From a virus (taxonomy: Duplodnaviria; Caudoviricetes): a stretch of 64,000 nt of DNA. The DNA lies in the IMG/VR virus record IMGVR_UViG_3300021431_004524, positions 171,654 through 235,653 of that record; one strand, 5' to 3'. A model generated the notes under the pieces. It was not told the DNA's origin, did no database searches, and saw only the letters and a list, made by a program, of their open reading frames with translations. Within the stretch, counting starts at the first letter, position 1. Every line of letters begins with the position of its first letter. Of this stretch, positions 18,594 through 27,840 are shown one piece after another. The translations under genes and the position numbers were made by a program.

Positions 18594-18598
18594 CCTCC
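18471..18598 (+). other. DGR-like variable region 2 (C-terminal) with IMH-like end and a small hairpin
   Basis: NNC codon run (tac, agc, ggc, gac, aac), then GTTAGGGCGTTC and a GAGG-TTTTAG-CCTC hairpin. Confidence 0.7.
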
Positions 18599-18691
18599 TC
18601 GCTTTTGGAATATTAGTATTGAATTCTTCAATTTTATAAACAAAATTATACATTAAGTGTATTATAAGACAAGAAATATTATTTATAATAA

Positions 18692-18739
18692 ATCCCCATT
18701 AGACGAAATTGTTTGTTTTAATGGGGATTATATTTTTTT
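18692..18739 (+). terminator. Intrinsic terminator
   Basis: AATCCCCATTA...TAATGGGGATT followed by a T run. Confidence 0.7.
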
Positions 18740-18782
18740 AACTAAAAAAGTTTGCTATTTTGGTTTTTTTGCTGTAATTTTG
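18738..18782 (+). promoter_or_regulatory. Bacteroidota sigma70-type promoter with TTAAC upstream element
   Basis: TTAAC-N8-TTTG-N20-TAATTTTG. Confidence 0.75.
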
Positions 18783-18809
18783 CAGAAAAATAGAAAAAGT
18801 TAAGAAATT

Positions 18810-19052
18810 ATGAAAAAGATTATCCTATTAGCAGCCGCATTGATGATGGCGGGGTGCGAAGAAAAACAACCAGATGGAACATACAAACCATATTTCTATA
18901 GAACTTATACAGTAGATTCTTGTGAATATATTGGGTATGACTTTCTTGCTCACAAAGGAAATTGTCGCTTCTGTGAAGAACGTGATTCGATTAAATGGGC
19001 AAAGCGTAAACAGGAATTGAAAGAATTGATTGAACAATTAAAGGAGAAATAA
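18810..19052 (+). CDS. Small lipoprotein
   Basis: Signal peptide with lipobox MAGC; AHKGNCRFC. Confidence 0.7.
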   Translation: MKKIILLAAALMMAGCEEKQPDGTYKPYFYRTYTVDSCEYIGYDFLAHKGNCRFCEERDSIKWAKRKQELKELIEQLKEK

Positions 19053-19054
19053 CT

Positions 19055-19447
19055 ATGGAACAAAAAGATAAACAACTATTACTCAAAGACCTTTGTGCAA
19101 GGTTGCCTTATGGAGTAAAGGTATTTATACAAGATACTACTGGAAAACATTCAACAATAACAGAAAGGATTTTTGATACCTATGTTCTTCAATTTTTAAG
19201 TAATAACAATATCCTTATAAAACCATATCTCCGTCCAATGTCAAGTATGACTGAGGAAGAGTACAGTGAATTAAAAAAGATTAGTAGCTATTATGGATTT
19301 GCACCCTTTGAGTACATACATGATTGGGCTCCAAATTATGAGATGACAGATTGGCTCAATGCTCATCACTTTGACTATAGAGGACTCATAGGGAAAGGTC
19401 TTGCACTTGAAGCACCAGAGGGGATGTATAACTTAGAAAAGAAATAA
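19055..19447 (+). CDS. Hypothetical, family A (LLLKDLxARLPY...PMSSMTEEE...DWLNAHHFDYRGLI)
   Basis: Paralogs at 59509 and 60200. Confidence 0.8.
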   Translation: MEQKDKQLLLKDLCARLPYGVKVFIQDTTGKHSTITERIFDTYVLQFLSNNNILIKPYLRPMSSMTEEEYSELKKISSYYGFAPFEYIHDWAPNYEMTDWLNAHHFDYRGLIGKGLALEAPEGMYNLEKK

Positions 19448-19449
19448 CT

Positions 19450-19836
19450 ATGGCAGCAATTAAAGAAGATTATGTTTCTTTTGAGATAGCAAAATTACTG
19501 AAAGAAAAAGGATTCAAAGGTGAAGGAGAACATTTTTATGAAAATAATGAAATTGTAAGTTTTATTAATTATTGGGATAGAATTACTCCTAAACAAAGAT
19601 ATGAAGCTATAGAAGCTCCAACTCTTCAAATGGCAATGAAGTGGTTGAGAGAAAAACATCTACTACATATTCCTATAGATATGGTTAATGGGGGCAGATG
19701 GAAATATGAAATAGATGATATAAGTGTTCCTGTTGATGGTGGGGTTCTTCCTAAATATTATTGTGATAAAACTTTCAGTAGCTATGAAGAAGCTGTTGAT
19801 GACGCAATAAAGTATTGTCTTGAAAATTTAATTTAA
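19450..19836 (+). CDS. Hypothetical, family B (EDYVSFExAKLLKEKGF...QMAMKWLRE)
   Basis: Paralog at 58311. Confidence 0.8.
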   Translation: MAAIKEDYVSFEIAKLLKEKGFKGEGEHFYENNEIVSFINYWDRITPKQRYEAIEAPTLQMAMKWLREKHLLHIPIDMVNGGRWKYEIDDISVPVDGGVLPKYYCDKTFSSYEEAVDDAIKYCLENLI

Positions 19837-19842
19837 ATAACT

Positions 19843-20232
19843 ATGGCAATAATTAAAAGTTATACAGACCTTCCTCAGTCAAAGGTTCTTGCTAAGATAC
19901 TTCCGCTTGAAAGTGCGGATATGCATTATGCTACTTGGACTATTTTAGATGGTGAATTTATAGTATCTCCAAATCAAGGAAGTACAATAAAAAGTATGCA
20001 AGAAGATTACGGTAATCAAATTATTCCTTGCTGGTCACTTACGGCATTGCTTAGTGTTTTGCCTAAAATTGATGCAGAAGAGCCGATGGTAAGAAAACTA
20101 TATTATGCAAATGAACCAAAAGAAAGATATATCTGTCAATACAGTTTAACTAATATGACAAGTGAATATGGCAATCCTGTGGATGCTTGCGTGGCTATGA
20201 TTATTAAACTTCATGAACGTGAAATCTTATAA
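19843..20232 (+). CDS. Hypothetical, family C (IKSYTDLxQSKVL...PCWSL...VDACV)
   Basis: Paralogs at 20903 and 57961. Confidence 0.8.
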   Translation: MAIIKSYTDLPQSKVLAKILPLESADMHYATWTILDGEFIVSPNQGSTIKSMQEDYGNQIIPCWSLTALLSVLPKIDAEEPMVRKLYYANEPKERYICQYSLTNMTSEYGNPVDACVAMIIKLHEREIL

Positions 20233-20313
20233 TTATGAATGGATTAATAATATTTGGAGAAATGAGAAAAACAAGACCAGGAAAATGACCTAACCTTGTT
20301 TGTTTTGTTAATA

Positions 20314-20547
20314 TCACAATAACGTTAAAATTCCAAATCTTGACGCATAGCCGATAACTACTCCAAGGACAGTCAATGACCAATCAATCCAATCCCATTG
20401 TCCACCCCATAGTTTGTCTTTAAATTCAAGTGCTGATGCTACGCCAATTCCGGCATATGCCGCACAGTAAACGGTATTAGCACCGGCACCTATGAGAATT
20501 CCTCCAACGAGGTGTTTCCATCTGTTTGATTCAAATAACCACGACAT
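20314..20547 (-). CDS. Small membrane protein (start revised to MSWLF)
   Basis: Hydrophobic; preceded by the CTGATATTTATAG motif. Confidence 0.7.
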   Translation of the reverse strand: MSWLFESNRWKHLVGGILIGAGANTVYCAAYAGIGVASALEFKDKLWGGQWDWIDWSLTVLGVVIGYASRFGILTLL

Positions 20548-20645
20548 TATTATTTTAATATATTGTTTACTATAAATATCAGATAAATTAAAAAAAGAGC
20601 AATCAGCAATGGCTGCATTACCGATTGTTAATTTTCTATAAAAAA

Positions 20646-20677
20646 TTTGGTTATTTAAATTATTTTCCGTATATTTG
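20646..20677 (+). promoter_or_regulatory. Bacteroidota promoter
   Basis: TTTG-N20-TATATTTG. Confidence 0.75.
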
Positions 20678-20696
20678 CAAAAAAATAACAATAATT

Positions 20697-20900
20697 ATGG
20701 CAACGGAGACATTAGGAGCATATCTTAGAAATCTATTGACTCCATATAAGTCTTTACTTAATTTAGTAGAGGAGGTCAATAAAGGTAATATTAGTCCCTA
20801 TTTTTTAAAGAAATATAAGTTTGATAACATTAAAGAACTCATAGAGTTTTCCTACTCAGACAAAATGGAGAATACTTTATGGAGAACAGAGAATGAATAA
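20697..20900 (+). CDS. Hypothetical (start revised to MATET)
   Basis: First ATG downstream of the promoter. Confidence 0.65.
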   Translation: MATETLGAYLRNLLTPYKSLLNLVEEVNKGNISPYFLKKYKFDNIKELIEFSYSDKMENTLWRTENE

Positions 20901-20902
20901 CT

Positions 20903-21298
20903 ATGGCAACAATTAAAAGTTATACTGACTTAGAACAAAGTCAAGTTCTTTCTAAGATACTTCCGCTTGAAAGTGCGGATATGTATTATTGGTGTGCCAA
21001 CCATTATCCCAAAGAAGATTGGATTATAGAAGTGGGTACACCTGATGATAATTATGAATGCATTTGTGCTTGGAGCCTTGCAGCGTTGCTTGGTATTTTG
21101 CCATTTCATCTTATTATCAATAACCAAAGATATGCATTTAGTATGCATAAAGGCTTAAATAGAGATGGAGAAACATATATGATTAGATATAATATCTTTA
21201 ACACTGATATATGTTTATACAAAACAGAGCATTATAACAGTCCAGTTGATGCTTGCGTGGATATAATTGAAAAATTAAATGAACTTAAAATGTTATGA
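20903..21298 (+). CDS. Hypothetical, family C
   Basis: Paralog of 19843. Confidence 0.8.
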   Translation: MATIKSYTDLEQSQVLSKILPLESADMYYWCANHYPKEDWIIEVGTPDDNYECICAWSLAALLGILPFHLIINNQRYAFSMHKGLNRDGETYMIRYNIFNTDICLYKTEHYNSPVDACVDIIEKLNELKML

Positions 21299-21618
21299 CA
21301 AGAAAAGAATTAGTAAATATACATGGCATTAAAAACCTTCTCAATTTTGGTAAGTATAAAGGTAAAACTATACTCCAAGTAATAGAGAAAAATCCTGCAT
21401 ATATTGTATGGTGTATTAGAAATGTAAAAAACTTTACTATTGATGATAATCTTAGTAAAGGACTATGTAAACAATATGATGAACATTTTAAGAAATATAA
21501 TCGAATACAAGCAAATGGATATACAAATAACGATGTTCAAAGACATATGCATAAATATAATATGCATGCAACAGAAGCAATGGATTTTTTAGAATATGAC
21601 GTACCTGAATATTATTAA
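21295..21618 (+). CDS. Protein with FGKYKGK motif (DUF3820/ExoX C-terminal-like)
   Basis: LNFGKYKGKTI...PAYIVW. Confidence 0.6.
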   Translation: MTRKELVNIHGIKNLLNFGKYKGKTILQVIEKNPAYIVWCIRNVKNFTIDDNLSKGLCKQYDEHFKKYNRIQANGYTNNDVQRHMHKYNMHATEAMDFLEYDVPEYY

Positions 21619-21645
21619 ACTTAAAGTACAGAAAGGAGAAGAAGT

Positions 21646-21786
21646 ATGAGGTATAAAATGTACACAAGAGAGGAATATTTGCAATGGTGTAAGGAACACA
21701 ACGTCAAGAATCCACTTCCAGAATATAAGCGTAACAAAATGACTGAATGTGGTTATCCTACACATCCTTATGACCCGTTTTTTTAA
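21646..21786 (+). CDS. Small hypothetical, 46 aa (not in ORF track)
   Basis: MRYKMYTREEYLQWCKEH...PYDPFF; fills a gap in the operon. Confidence 0.55.
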   Translation: MRYKMYTREEYLQWCKEHNVKNPLPEYKRNKMTECGYPTHPYDPFF

Positions 21787-21798
21787 AAGAATAAAGAT

Positions 21799-21990
21799 AT
21801 GGCACAGTTTATTAGTTTACGCACTCAAAGCAGAGGTTGTGAGATAATAGTCAATGTTGACGAAATCAGCTCTTGTCATATAGAAAGCGGTTTTAGTTAC
21901 ACGGACTATATACTTATCCTTAAAAATGGCACGAAATACAATTTAAACGCAGAATCGTACAATAAAGTTACAGATTTAATAAGCAAATAA
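21799..21990 (+). CDS. Hypothetical
   Basis: ORF within operon. Confidence 0.65.
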   Translation: MAQFISLRTQSRGCEIIVNVDEISSCHIESGFSYTDYILILKNGTKYNLNAESYNKVTDLISK

Positions 21991-21991
21991 T

Positions 21992-22714
21992 ATGACAGAC
22001 AAAGTACAGAAAATACGGGAAGAGGTTGTAAGGATGCACAACCTACTTCCAGTTATGGATGGTGATAATATTTCCGTAAACTATGCAGATAGAATTTGCA
22101 CCACATTGGAAATGTATATTGACTCATTGCAAGAAGAGCCTGTAAGTAGTATTTGGCATGATGCAAGTGAAAAATCAAATAAGGCAGAAGATGTTGTAGT
22201 AATAAACCCTTCCGATAATACAGGTGAAATACTTACAGGATGTATAAAGGTTTATCAAGGTCGTATTTGGGCATATACATCTGTTCTGCTAAATCTTGAT
22301 AATCCTTGCAAAATTGAAAAGAATTTGCAAGAAGAGCTTATAAGCGAGGACTTAGGGGATTATATCAACGAATTATCCAAGCAGTTCCCAAAGGTGTCGT
22401 TTGCAAAGTTAAGTAGGATTGCTGTGAGGGCTGCTAAGTGGCAGAAAGAACATCTATGGAAGCCTGCCGATGGTGATGACTTGCCAGAGTATGAACGTGA
22501 GGTCGTGGTATTCACACAGGACTTTCCCAATGATGCGGGAATTATGCGAATAGCAATTGCACATAGACCAGACCATAAAGGATGGGATGGAAAGAGTATT
22601 ACAACAGGTAAAATTGAGCACTACATGCCAATGACTTACGGCAAAGGTGGGTGGAATATCCCCGATGTAGTCTTATGGCTTGATATTAAACTACCAAAAG
22701 AAACGGAACTATGA
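21992..22714 (+). CDS. Modular hypothetical (LQEExxS repeats, WQKEHLWKP module)
   Basis: Repeated LQEEPVS/LQEELIS linkers. Confidence 0.7.
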   Translation: MTDKVQKIREEVVRMHNLLPVMDGDNISVNYADRICTTLEMYIDSLQEEPVSSIWHDASEKSNKAEDVVVINPSDNTGEILTGCIKVYQGRIWAYTSVLLNLDNPCKIEKNLQEELISEDLGDYINELSKQFPKVSFAKLSRIAVRAAKWQKEHLWKPADGDDLPEYEREVVVFTQDFPNDAGIMRIAIAHRPDHKGWDGKSITTGKIEHYMPMTYGKGGWNIPDVVLWLDIKLPKETEL

Positions 22715-22956
22715 GCAAAGCAGAAGAATTAGCAAGGAAGTACTGTGAAGGCTCTTCGTTTGGAGATGCCTGTATAGAGAAACCAGCATATATAGCAGGA
22801 TATCACCAAGCAGAGAAAGACCTTGCACTAAGGTCGGTGGATATTAAAAAAATATGTCTGATTGCAAGAGAAGTTCATAAATACTATGGATTTTGGAGCG
22901 ATATTGTTTATCAAGAAGTATTAAACCGATTTAAAGACTTGAAACATGTCAAATAG
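22711..22956 (+). CDS. Hypothetical
   Basis: ATGA-coupled ORF. Confidence 0.65.
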   Translation: MSKAEELARKYCEGSSFGDACIEKPAYIAGYHQAEKDLALRSVDIKKICLIAREVHKYYGFWSDIVYQEVLNRFKDLKHVK

Positions 22957-23194
22957 AAAATACAGAATAGCATATACCCCATCTTGTTGGAATTGCCGAA
23001 AATTAAGAAAATCAAAACGTGTTATCCACGAAGACACACTTGATAAGCCACACGGAGGATGTTTTTCTATGTCTGCACCATCAATTATGGATGCAATAGC
23101 AGGCTATATGTGTGATAATTATTGGTTTGGTGACAAGCCAGACGAAGTTATGCTGTGTGGAGGGAGAGAGTATGAATCAATTTACAGAAGATAA
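22946..23194 (+). CDS. Cys-rich hypothetical
   Basis: CWNC motif. Confidence 0.6.
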   Translation: MSNRKYRIAYTPSCWNCRKLRKSKRVIHEDTLDKPHGGCFSMSAPSIMDAIAGYMCDNYWFGDKPDEVMLCGGREYESIYRR

Positions 23195-23209
23195 AGAAAG
23201 GAAAGAGGT

Positions 23210-23392
23210 ATGACACAGCAAGAAATTCAAGATAGAATTGAGGTATGCCCGTGGAGAGAACACCCAATAGGAAATCCTTATGTATGCACAAGATATCGGG
23301 GTACTACTGTTCTTTGTGATGGTGCTTGTTCTTGGGTTGTTGATTATCCTAAATTAAAAGAACTTAAAGCACAGAAAGGAGAAGAGGTATGA
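23210..23392 (+). CDS. Cys-rich small hypothetical
   Basis: ORF within operon. Confidence 0.6.
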   Translation: MTQQEIQDRIEVCPWREHPIGNPYVCTRYRGTTVLCDGACSWVVDYPKLKELKAQKGEEV

Positions 23393-23435
23393 TACTAATA
23401 GGCAAAGACGCTGTAGTAACGTAATTTTAGTCTTT

Positions 23436-23480
23436 TTAACATAAAATATTTGTTTTATTCAAATAAATGTAGTATCTTTG
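23436..23480 (+). promoter_or_regulatory. Bacteroidota promoter with TTAAC element
   Basis: TTAAC-N8-TTTG-N20-TATCTTTG. Confidence 0.8.
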
Positions 23481-23509
23481 CACTGTAAAACTTTAAAAAC
23501 ATATAAACG

Positions 23510-23977
23510 ATGAGAAAAGTAATTGGAACAACTGAGGACAGGTTGAACAGGTTTATGTCCATGTGTCTTGAATGGCAGAGAGATTTGCGTAGTGGTATCT
23601 ATCATCCTGCTGCTTATTACTTTACCAATTTCCATTTGGGTAAGGTTAAGAAGGAAATACTCGGTGATTTGAAGAACGTTGTGGTTGACCGTGATTGGGC
23701 GATTGACAAGATGAATGAGATTAGTTTTGGCCGTGCTGAGAGTGAGATTAAGAGTGGTTTCAAGGCTCAGAACCGTACCATATATAATAAGGAGAACCGC
23801 AAGGCAACTTCACTTCGTCAACTTGATTTGTTTGCATCCACTGAGAATGTGAATAAGAAGAAGACTGCTAAGAAGACCGTTACAACTAAGGTTGATAGCG
23901 TAGATACTAAGACCGTGAAACTTATGAATGAGTTGCTTTCACTCGGTTATAAGGTAACACTTGAGAAGAAGATTTAA
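23510..23977 (+). CDS. Basic hypothetical protein
   Basis: First gene after a consensus promoter. Confidence 0.7.
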   Translation: MRKVIGTTEDRLNRFMSMCLEWQRDLRSGIYHPAAYYFTNFHLGKVKKEILGDLKNVVVDRDWAIDKMNEISFGRAESEIKSGFKAQNRTIYNKENRKATSLRQLDLFASTENVNKKKTAKKTVTTKVDSVDTKTVKLMNELLSLGYKVTLEKKI

Positions 23978-24014
23978 TAATAATAATTAACAATTTTAAA
24001 AATAGATTAGAGTT

Positions 24015-24797
24015 ATGACAAATGCACTTTTGATTATTGACATGCAAAATGATTTTGTATTGTTAAATGGAGCACTTAGTGTACCCGGCGCAGAGGATGA
24101 TGCACAGCGTGTACATGATTTCATTGTGAATAACAAACGAAAAATTCAACAGATTACGTTGACTGCTGATTCACATTACCCATACCATATTGCCCATTCA
24201 ATCTTCTGGAAGGACAAGGATGGAAATCATCCTGCACCTTTTACTACTATTACTTTGCAAGATGTAAAGGATGGCAAGTATCAGACAGCAGTTAATCCTC
24301 AGTGGGCTGTTCGTTATCTTACAGAACTTGAGGCTAACGGAAAAACACTTACGATATGGCCCATGCATTGCCTCGTTTCTGGGGAGGGATGGTGTATCTA
24401 TAAGGACGTGTTTGATGCAATCGTGGATTGGTCTATTGAGACATGTATTCCTTATCGTATGGAATTTAAGGGGTCTAACATTTTAACTGAAAGTTATTCA
24501 GTGCTGAAGAGTGAAGTTCCTGTTCCAAATTGTCCTGAAACACAGTTGAATCAGAATCTGCTTGATACGCTTAACAAATATGACCGTGTATTCTTGTGTG
24601 GAGAGGCACAAAGCCACTGTGTAAAATTCACTCTCGATGACCTTAACACTTATGCACCGGACCTTGTAAAGAAGATGGTTATTCTTACCGACTGTATGTC
24701 ACCAATTGGTAACTTTGATATTAATACTGACCCGGTGTATCAGAAGGCTGTTTCGCTCGGTGCTAAGTTGATGAAATCTACGGAAGTTACTTTTTAA
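24015..24797 (+). CDS. pncA: Nicotinamidase / isochorismatase-family cysteine hydrolase
   Basis: IIDMQNDF, DSH, WPMHC, FKG, GEAQSHCV. Confidence 0.8.
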   Translation: MTNALLIIDMQNDFVLLNGALSVPGAEDDAQRVHDFIVNNKRKIQQITLTADSHYPYHIAHSIFWKDKDGNHPAPFTTITLQDVKDGKYQTAVNPQWAVRYLTELEANGKTLTIWPMHCLVSGEGWCIYKDVFDAIVDWSIETCIPYRMEFKGSNILTESYSVLKSEVPVPNCPETQLNQNLLDTLNKYDRVFLCGEAQSHCVKFTLDDLNTYAPDLVKKMVILTDCMSPIGNFDINTDPVYQKAVSLGAKLMKSTEVTF

Positions 24798-24812
24798 ATG
24801 ATAGTATAGAAT

Positions 24813-25499
24813 ATGGAAGAGTTTAATTTTCAGTCAAGCATGGGTTTGAATTTTGCTAATTTCGACCCATCAGCAATTCAGTCCTCAGAGACTATTAATG
24901 TGACGTTTATTATTGACCGTAGCGGTAGTATTTACGATTATGTAAATGACCTCAATAACGTTCTTAACGATTTCTTGCATGAACTTCAGCGTTCACATGT
25001 TGCAGACCGTGTAATGATGCAGATTATTGAGTTTGACAGTAATGTAGAGGTGAAGTCTGCATTCCATCCTATCGCTGATGTAAAGGATTTCAATGTTCAG
25101 CCGGGTGGTTGTACGGCACTTTATGCCGCAATGCTTTCAGGTCTTGAAAATGCTGTAGCCTATAAGGAAGAGCAGGAAAATAACGGTCTTTCGTCCAAGT
25201 CACTTGTATTCCTTATCACTGATGGTTTGGAGAATTGTGGCGGTGACGCAAATAAAGTAAAGGAGAAGATTAAGGAAATCTATAAGGATGAACAGAACTC
25301 ATTCGCTTTCTCCATTATCATGTTTGGCCTTGGTGATGAAACCGGTTTTGAAAAGGCACGTGACGATATGGGCATCCGTCCCGAAATGATGGCAAAACTT
25401 GGCACAACGGCAAAGGAATTGCGTAAGATGGTTAATTTCATCTCAAGTTCCGTAAGTTCAAGTGCAAGTGGCGCAACAGTCAGTGCCGTTACGTTCTGA
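24813..25499 (+). CDS. vWA-domain protein (TerY/YegL-like)
   Basis: MIDAS DRSGS, GCTALY, LITDGLEN. Confidence 0.85.
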   Translation: MEEFNFQSSMGLNFANFDPSAIQSSETINVTFIIDRSGSIYDYVNDLNNVLNDFLHELQRSHVADRVMMQIIEFDSNVEVKSAFHPIADVKDFNVQPGGCTALYAAMLSGLENAVAYKEEQENNGLSSKSLVFLITDGLENCGGDANKVKEKIKEIYKDEQNSFAFSIIMFGLGDETGFEKARDDMGIRPEMMAKLGTTAKELRKMVNFISSSVSSSASGATVSAVTF

Positions 25500-25879
25500 T
25501 TATTGTTATTAACTCCTTTCCCCGTCGTTCATTGGTGTTATTCTTAAAAATGCACTGATGAACATTTTTTATTGATAAAAATGAACCGTTTTCCTATATA
25601 TTATATATAATAAGGTATACAGATATGGATTTAAAGGACAAATTAAGGAAATTTGGTTATCATTATACAATGAATGGTTTAATATATAATCAATTTATTT
25701 TGAATATAACTCTTTTAATAATTGGTATGTTATAAAAAAAAACGGAACTACCTTTTTGACACAAAGTATCGTTGGAACACAAGAAAAATGAGCGAATCAG
25801 AGAGATTCGCCCATATGCTTGATAAGGTCATTGGACTTGTTCGTAAGTGGTCGGAGATTATAGTAGGCTTGGTTGCGGT

Positions 25880-26275
25880 TTAATCATAGTCTCCATATTC
25901 AAACAAATATGCAAGTTTTTCAAAGTTTTGTGAAGCATATCTGAATGCTTCATTATAGTTTTTGAATCTTTTAAAATCTATCCATCCTTTTTTACCGTCA
26001 AGTAAGCCACCCCCCTCACTTGGTTGCATTCCGTATTCTACATCTGGTAAGATATAAATTTCTTCAACTGGAGCAAGCAAGTTTTTCTCGACATAAAGCA
26101 AATAGCCTATTTCTTTACCTCTATATATAATAGTTTGTCTATGTCTACCTTTACCCAAGTCTTGTGAATCATCATAACTAAATTCGTCTTCAGATTCTCT
26201 CAACACTCTACGTACTGATTCCATAACGATTCTATGTAAATCTGCTTCTGTCAATCTTATCAATTTCTTATTCAT
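25880..26275 (-). CDS. Hypothetical with LTE/xxE leader (putative virion internal protein)
   Basis: MNKKLIRLTEADLHRIVMESVRRVLRE; CTGATATTTATAG at 26297-26309. Confidence 0.7.
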   Translation of the reverse strand: MNKKLIRLTEADLHRIVMESVRRVLRESEDEFSYDDSQDLGKGRHRQTIIYRGKEIGYLLYVEKNLLAPVEEIYILPDVEYGMQPSEGGGLLDGKKGWIDFKRFKNYNEAFRYASQNFEKLAYLFEYGDYD

Positions 26276-26412
26276 ATTTAAATACGTATTTACTTTCTAT
26301 AAATATCAGTAGATACATAAAAAATGCAGCCATTTCTGACTGTATTTATAAATCAGTTGTGTCAACTGCTATATTATTGCCACCTTTTTTGGTAATTCCG
26401 AATTTATTGCTT

Positions 26413-26907
26413 CTAACACAGCACTTGGTCAGGTTGTACATAACCCTCATGAAGTGGCCGTCCTTCTGCTTTGAAATCTTGTGGATTATCGGTATTTAAT
26501 ACTCCGCTGTTATATTGCGGAACGTCTGTGATTGTCATTTTGTCACGGTATTTCCGTTCCATTTCATCCACGTATTCATTTTCCTTTAACTTCTGAAGGT
26601 TACAATATAGTCTGTCCTTGAAGTCATTTATAAGCATTGTAAGGTCTTCAGGCTCATCTACTGCCCATCTGTCCGTCTTTATGACAAGATAGTACCCTTG
26701 CTTGTTTAAAGCCTCTTCACGTGTGCATATTGCGTCCTCTGTCTCAATAGTGATTGTCTGTACATCATCTTTTCCACCGTGATTTGTATCGTCTTGCTGA
26801 ATGTATGTGATTGACATCTTTTCAATACCGACTTCGCATACCTTACCATTATTCTCAGGTAATGCATAAGGCAAAATCTCAATTCTATAATCTCTATTGT
26901 TATCCAT
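26413..26907 (-). CDS. Hypothetical
   Basis: 164-aa ORF within operon. Confidence 0.7.
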   Translation of the reverse strand: MDNNRDYRIEILPYALPENNGKVCEVGIEKMSITYIQQDDTNHGGKDDVQTITIETEDAICTREEALNKQGYYLVIKTDRWAVDEPEDLTMLINDFKDRLYCNLQKLKENEYVDEMERKYRDKMTITDVPQYNSGVLNTDNPQDFKAEGRPLHEGYVQPDQVLC

Positions 26908-26915
26908 TTTTTATA

Positions 26916-27791
26916 TTAATTAGTTTTTAACGCTTTTCTTAGTTTATCCGTAACGTCAGGCAGATTATATTTCTCATATGTACCGTCAGGTTTAAGCCAT
27001 ATAAGCCTACGTGCAATCACTTTTAAACCTATATCTTCCATTGGTATCTGATATGCTGATAATTGGCAAATATAGTGATTATATGCTTCATCTATCATAT
27101 TATTGAATGGAGGTAACATACGTTGTTCGTTCTCACGTGCATAACTATTTGTTAATGAAGCATTTGTCTTATAGTCTACTATGATGAAACCACTTTTTTT
27201 ATCATCAGTGGGGTGTTTAAAATAGATTAATTTATCGAATGTCCCACTATAGCCAAGTTCTTCATTATATACTCTTGCTTCTTCCAATACTGGGTATATA
27301 CTGTCTATTGCGAACAAATCTTCATGAAATTTCAGTGCTGCTTCTTGTTTAGGACAAGCGGGGAAGAGATAGCCACACTCATATTGCATTTTAAAACGGT
27401 CATTAATCTCTTCTGGGTGTCCTTGGCAAAGATGACCAAGCATTTCGGCGTACTCATGGTGAATTGAACCACTTGTCGTAGCAAGATGATTGGTATATAG
27501 CCACTCTTCTTTAAGTTCTTCGGCAGGTATACCTAATTTAAGTGCTTTAAGTTCTGCTTTTTCATCCCAATCGACATAAGGCACGAATTTCTGTTCTATG
27601 ATGGTAGTAACAGATGTGAGTTCTTTTTTAGTTCCATCTGGTTTGGGCAAAAAATATTTATGACCATCTTCAATAAACTCGATGTCCTTAAAACTTTCTA
27701 TAATCTTATTTCTACCCTCTGTAACCTCAATTGGTTCCGGATTACGTTTGATACGTTCTAAGATATTATCAATTTTTAAAATACTTCTCAT
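26916..27791 (-). CDS. PD-(D/E)xK RecB/Cas4-like exonuclease
   Basis: SVTTII, GSIHH, SGTFD, IVDYKT, QLSAY. Confidence 0.8.
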   Translation of the reverse strand: MRSILKIDNILERIKRNPEPIEVTEGRNKIIESFKDIEFIEDGHKYFLPKPDGTKKELTSVTTIIEQKFVPYVDWDEKAELKALKLGIPAEELKEEWLYTNHLATTSGSIHHEYAEMLGHLCQGHPEEINDRFKMQYECGYLFPACPKQEAALKFHEDLFAIDSIYPVLEEARVYNEELGYSGTFDKLIYFKHPTDDKKSGFIIVDYKTNASLTNSYARENEQRMLPPFNNMIDEAYNHYICQLSAYQIPMEDIGLKVIARRLIWLKPDGTYEKYNLPDVTDKLRKALKTN

Positions 27792-27795
27792 ATTG

Positions 27796-27840
27796 CAAAT
27801 ATACTACAAAAAAACGAGACTTCCAAAGAAATCTCGTTCA
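27796..27840 (-). promoter_or_regulatory. Promoter overlapping a terminator hairpin
   Basis: TTTG-N20-TATATTTG; the -33 box sits in the loop of the AACGAGA/TCTCGTT stem, followed by a T run. Confidence 0.7.

Noticed and set aside
15633-18810. DGR template repeat or reverse transcriptase near the target gene
   Set aside because: No AAC-rich copy of either VR and no RT-motif ORF was seen in the window
25625-25882. Possible frameshifted gene across an A-run at about 25734-25742
   Set aside because: The fragments have no recognisable motifs, so phase variation or pseudogene status cannot be supported
26916-27791. Cas4 as part of a CRISPR system
   Set aside because: No Fe-S cysteine cluster, cas genes or array; context next to ssb favours a recombination exonuclease
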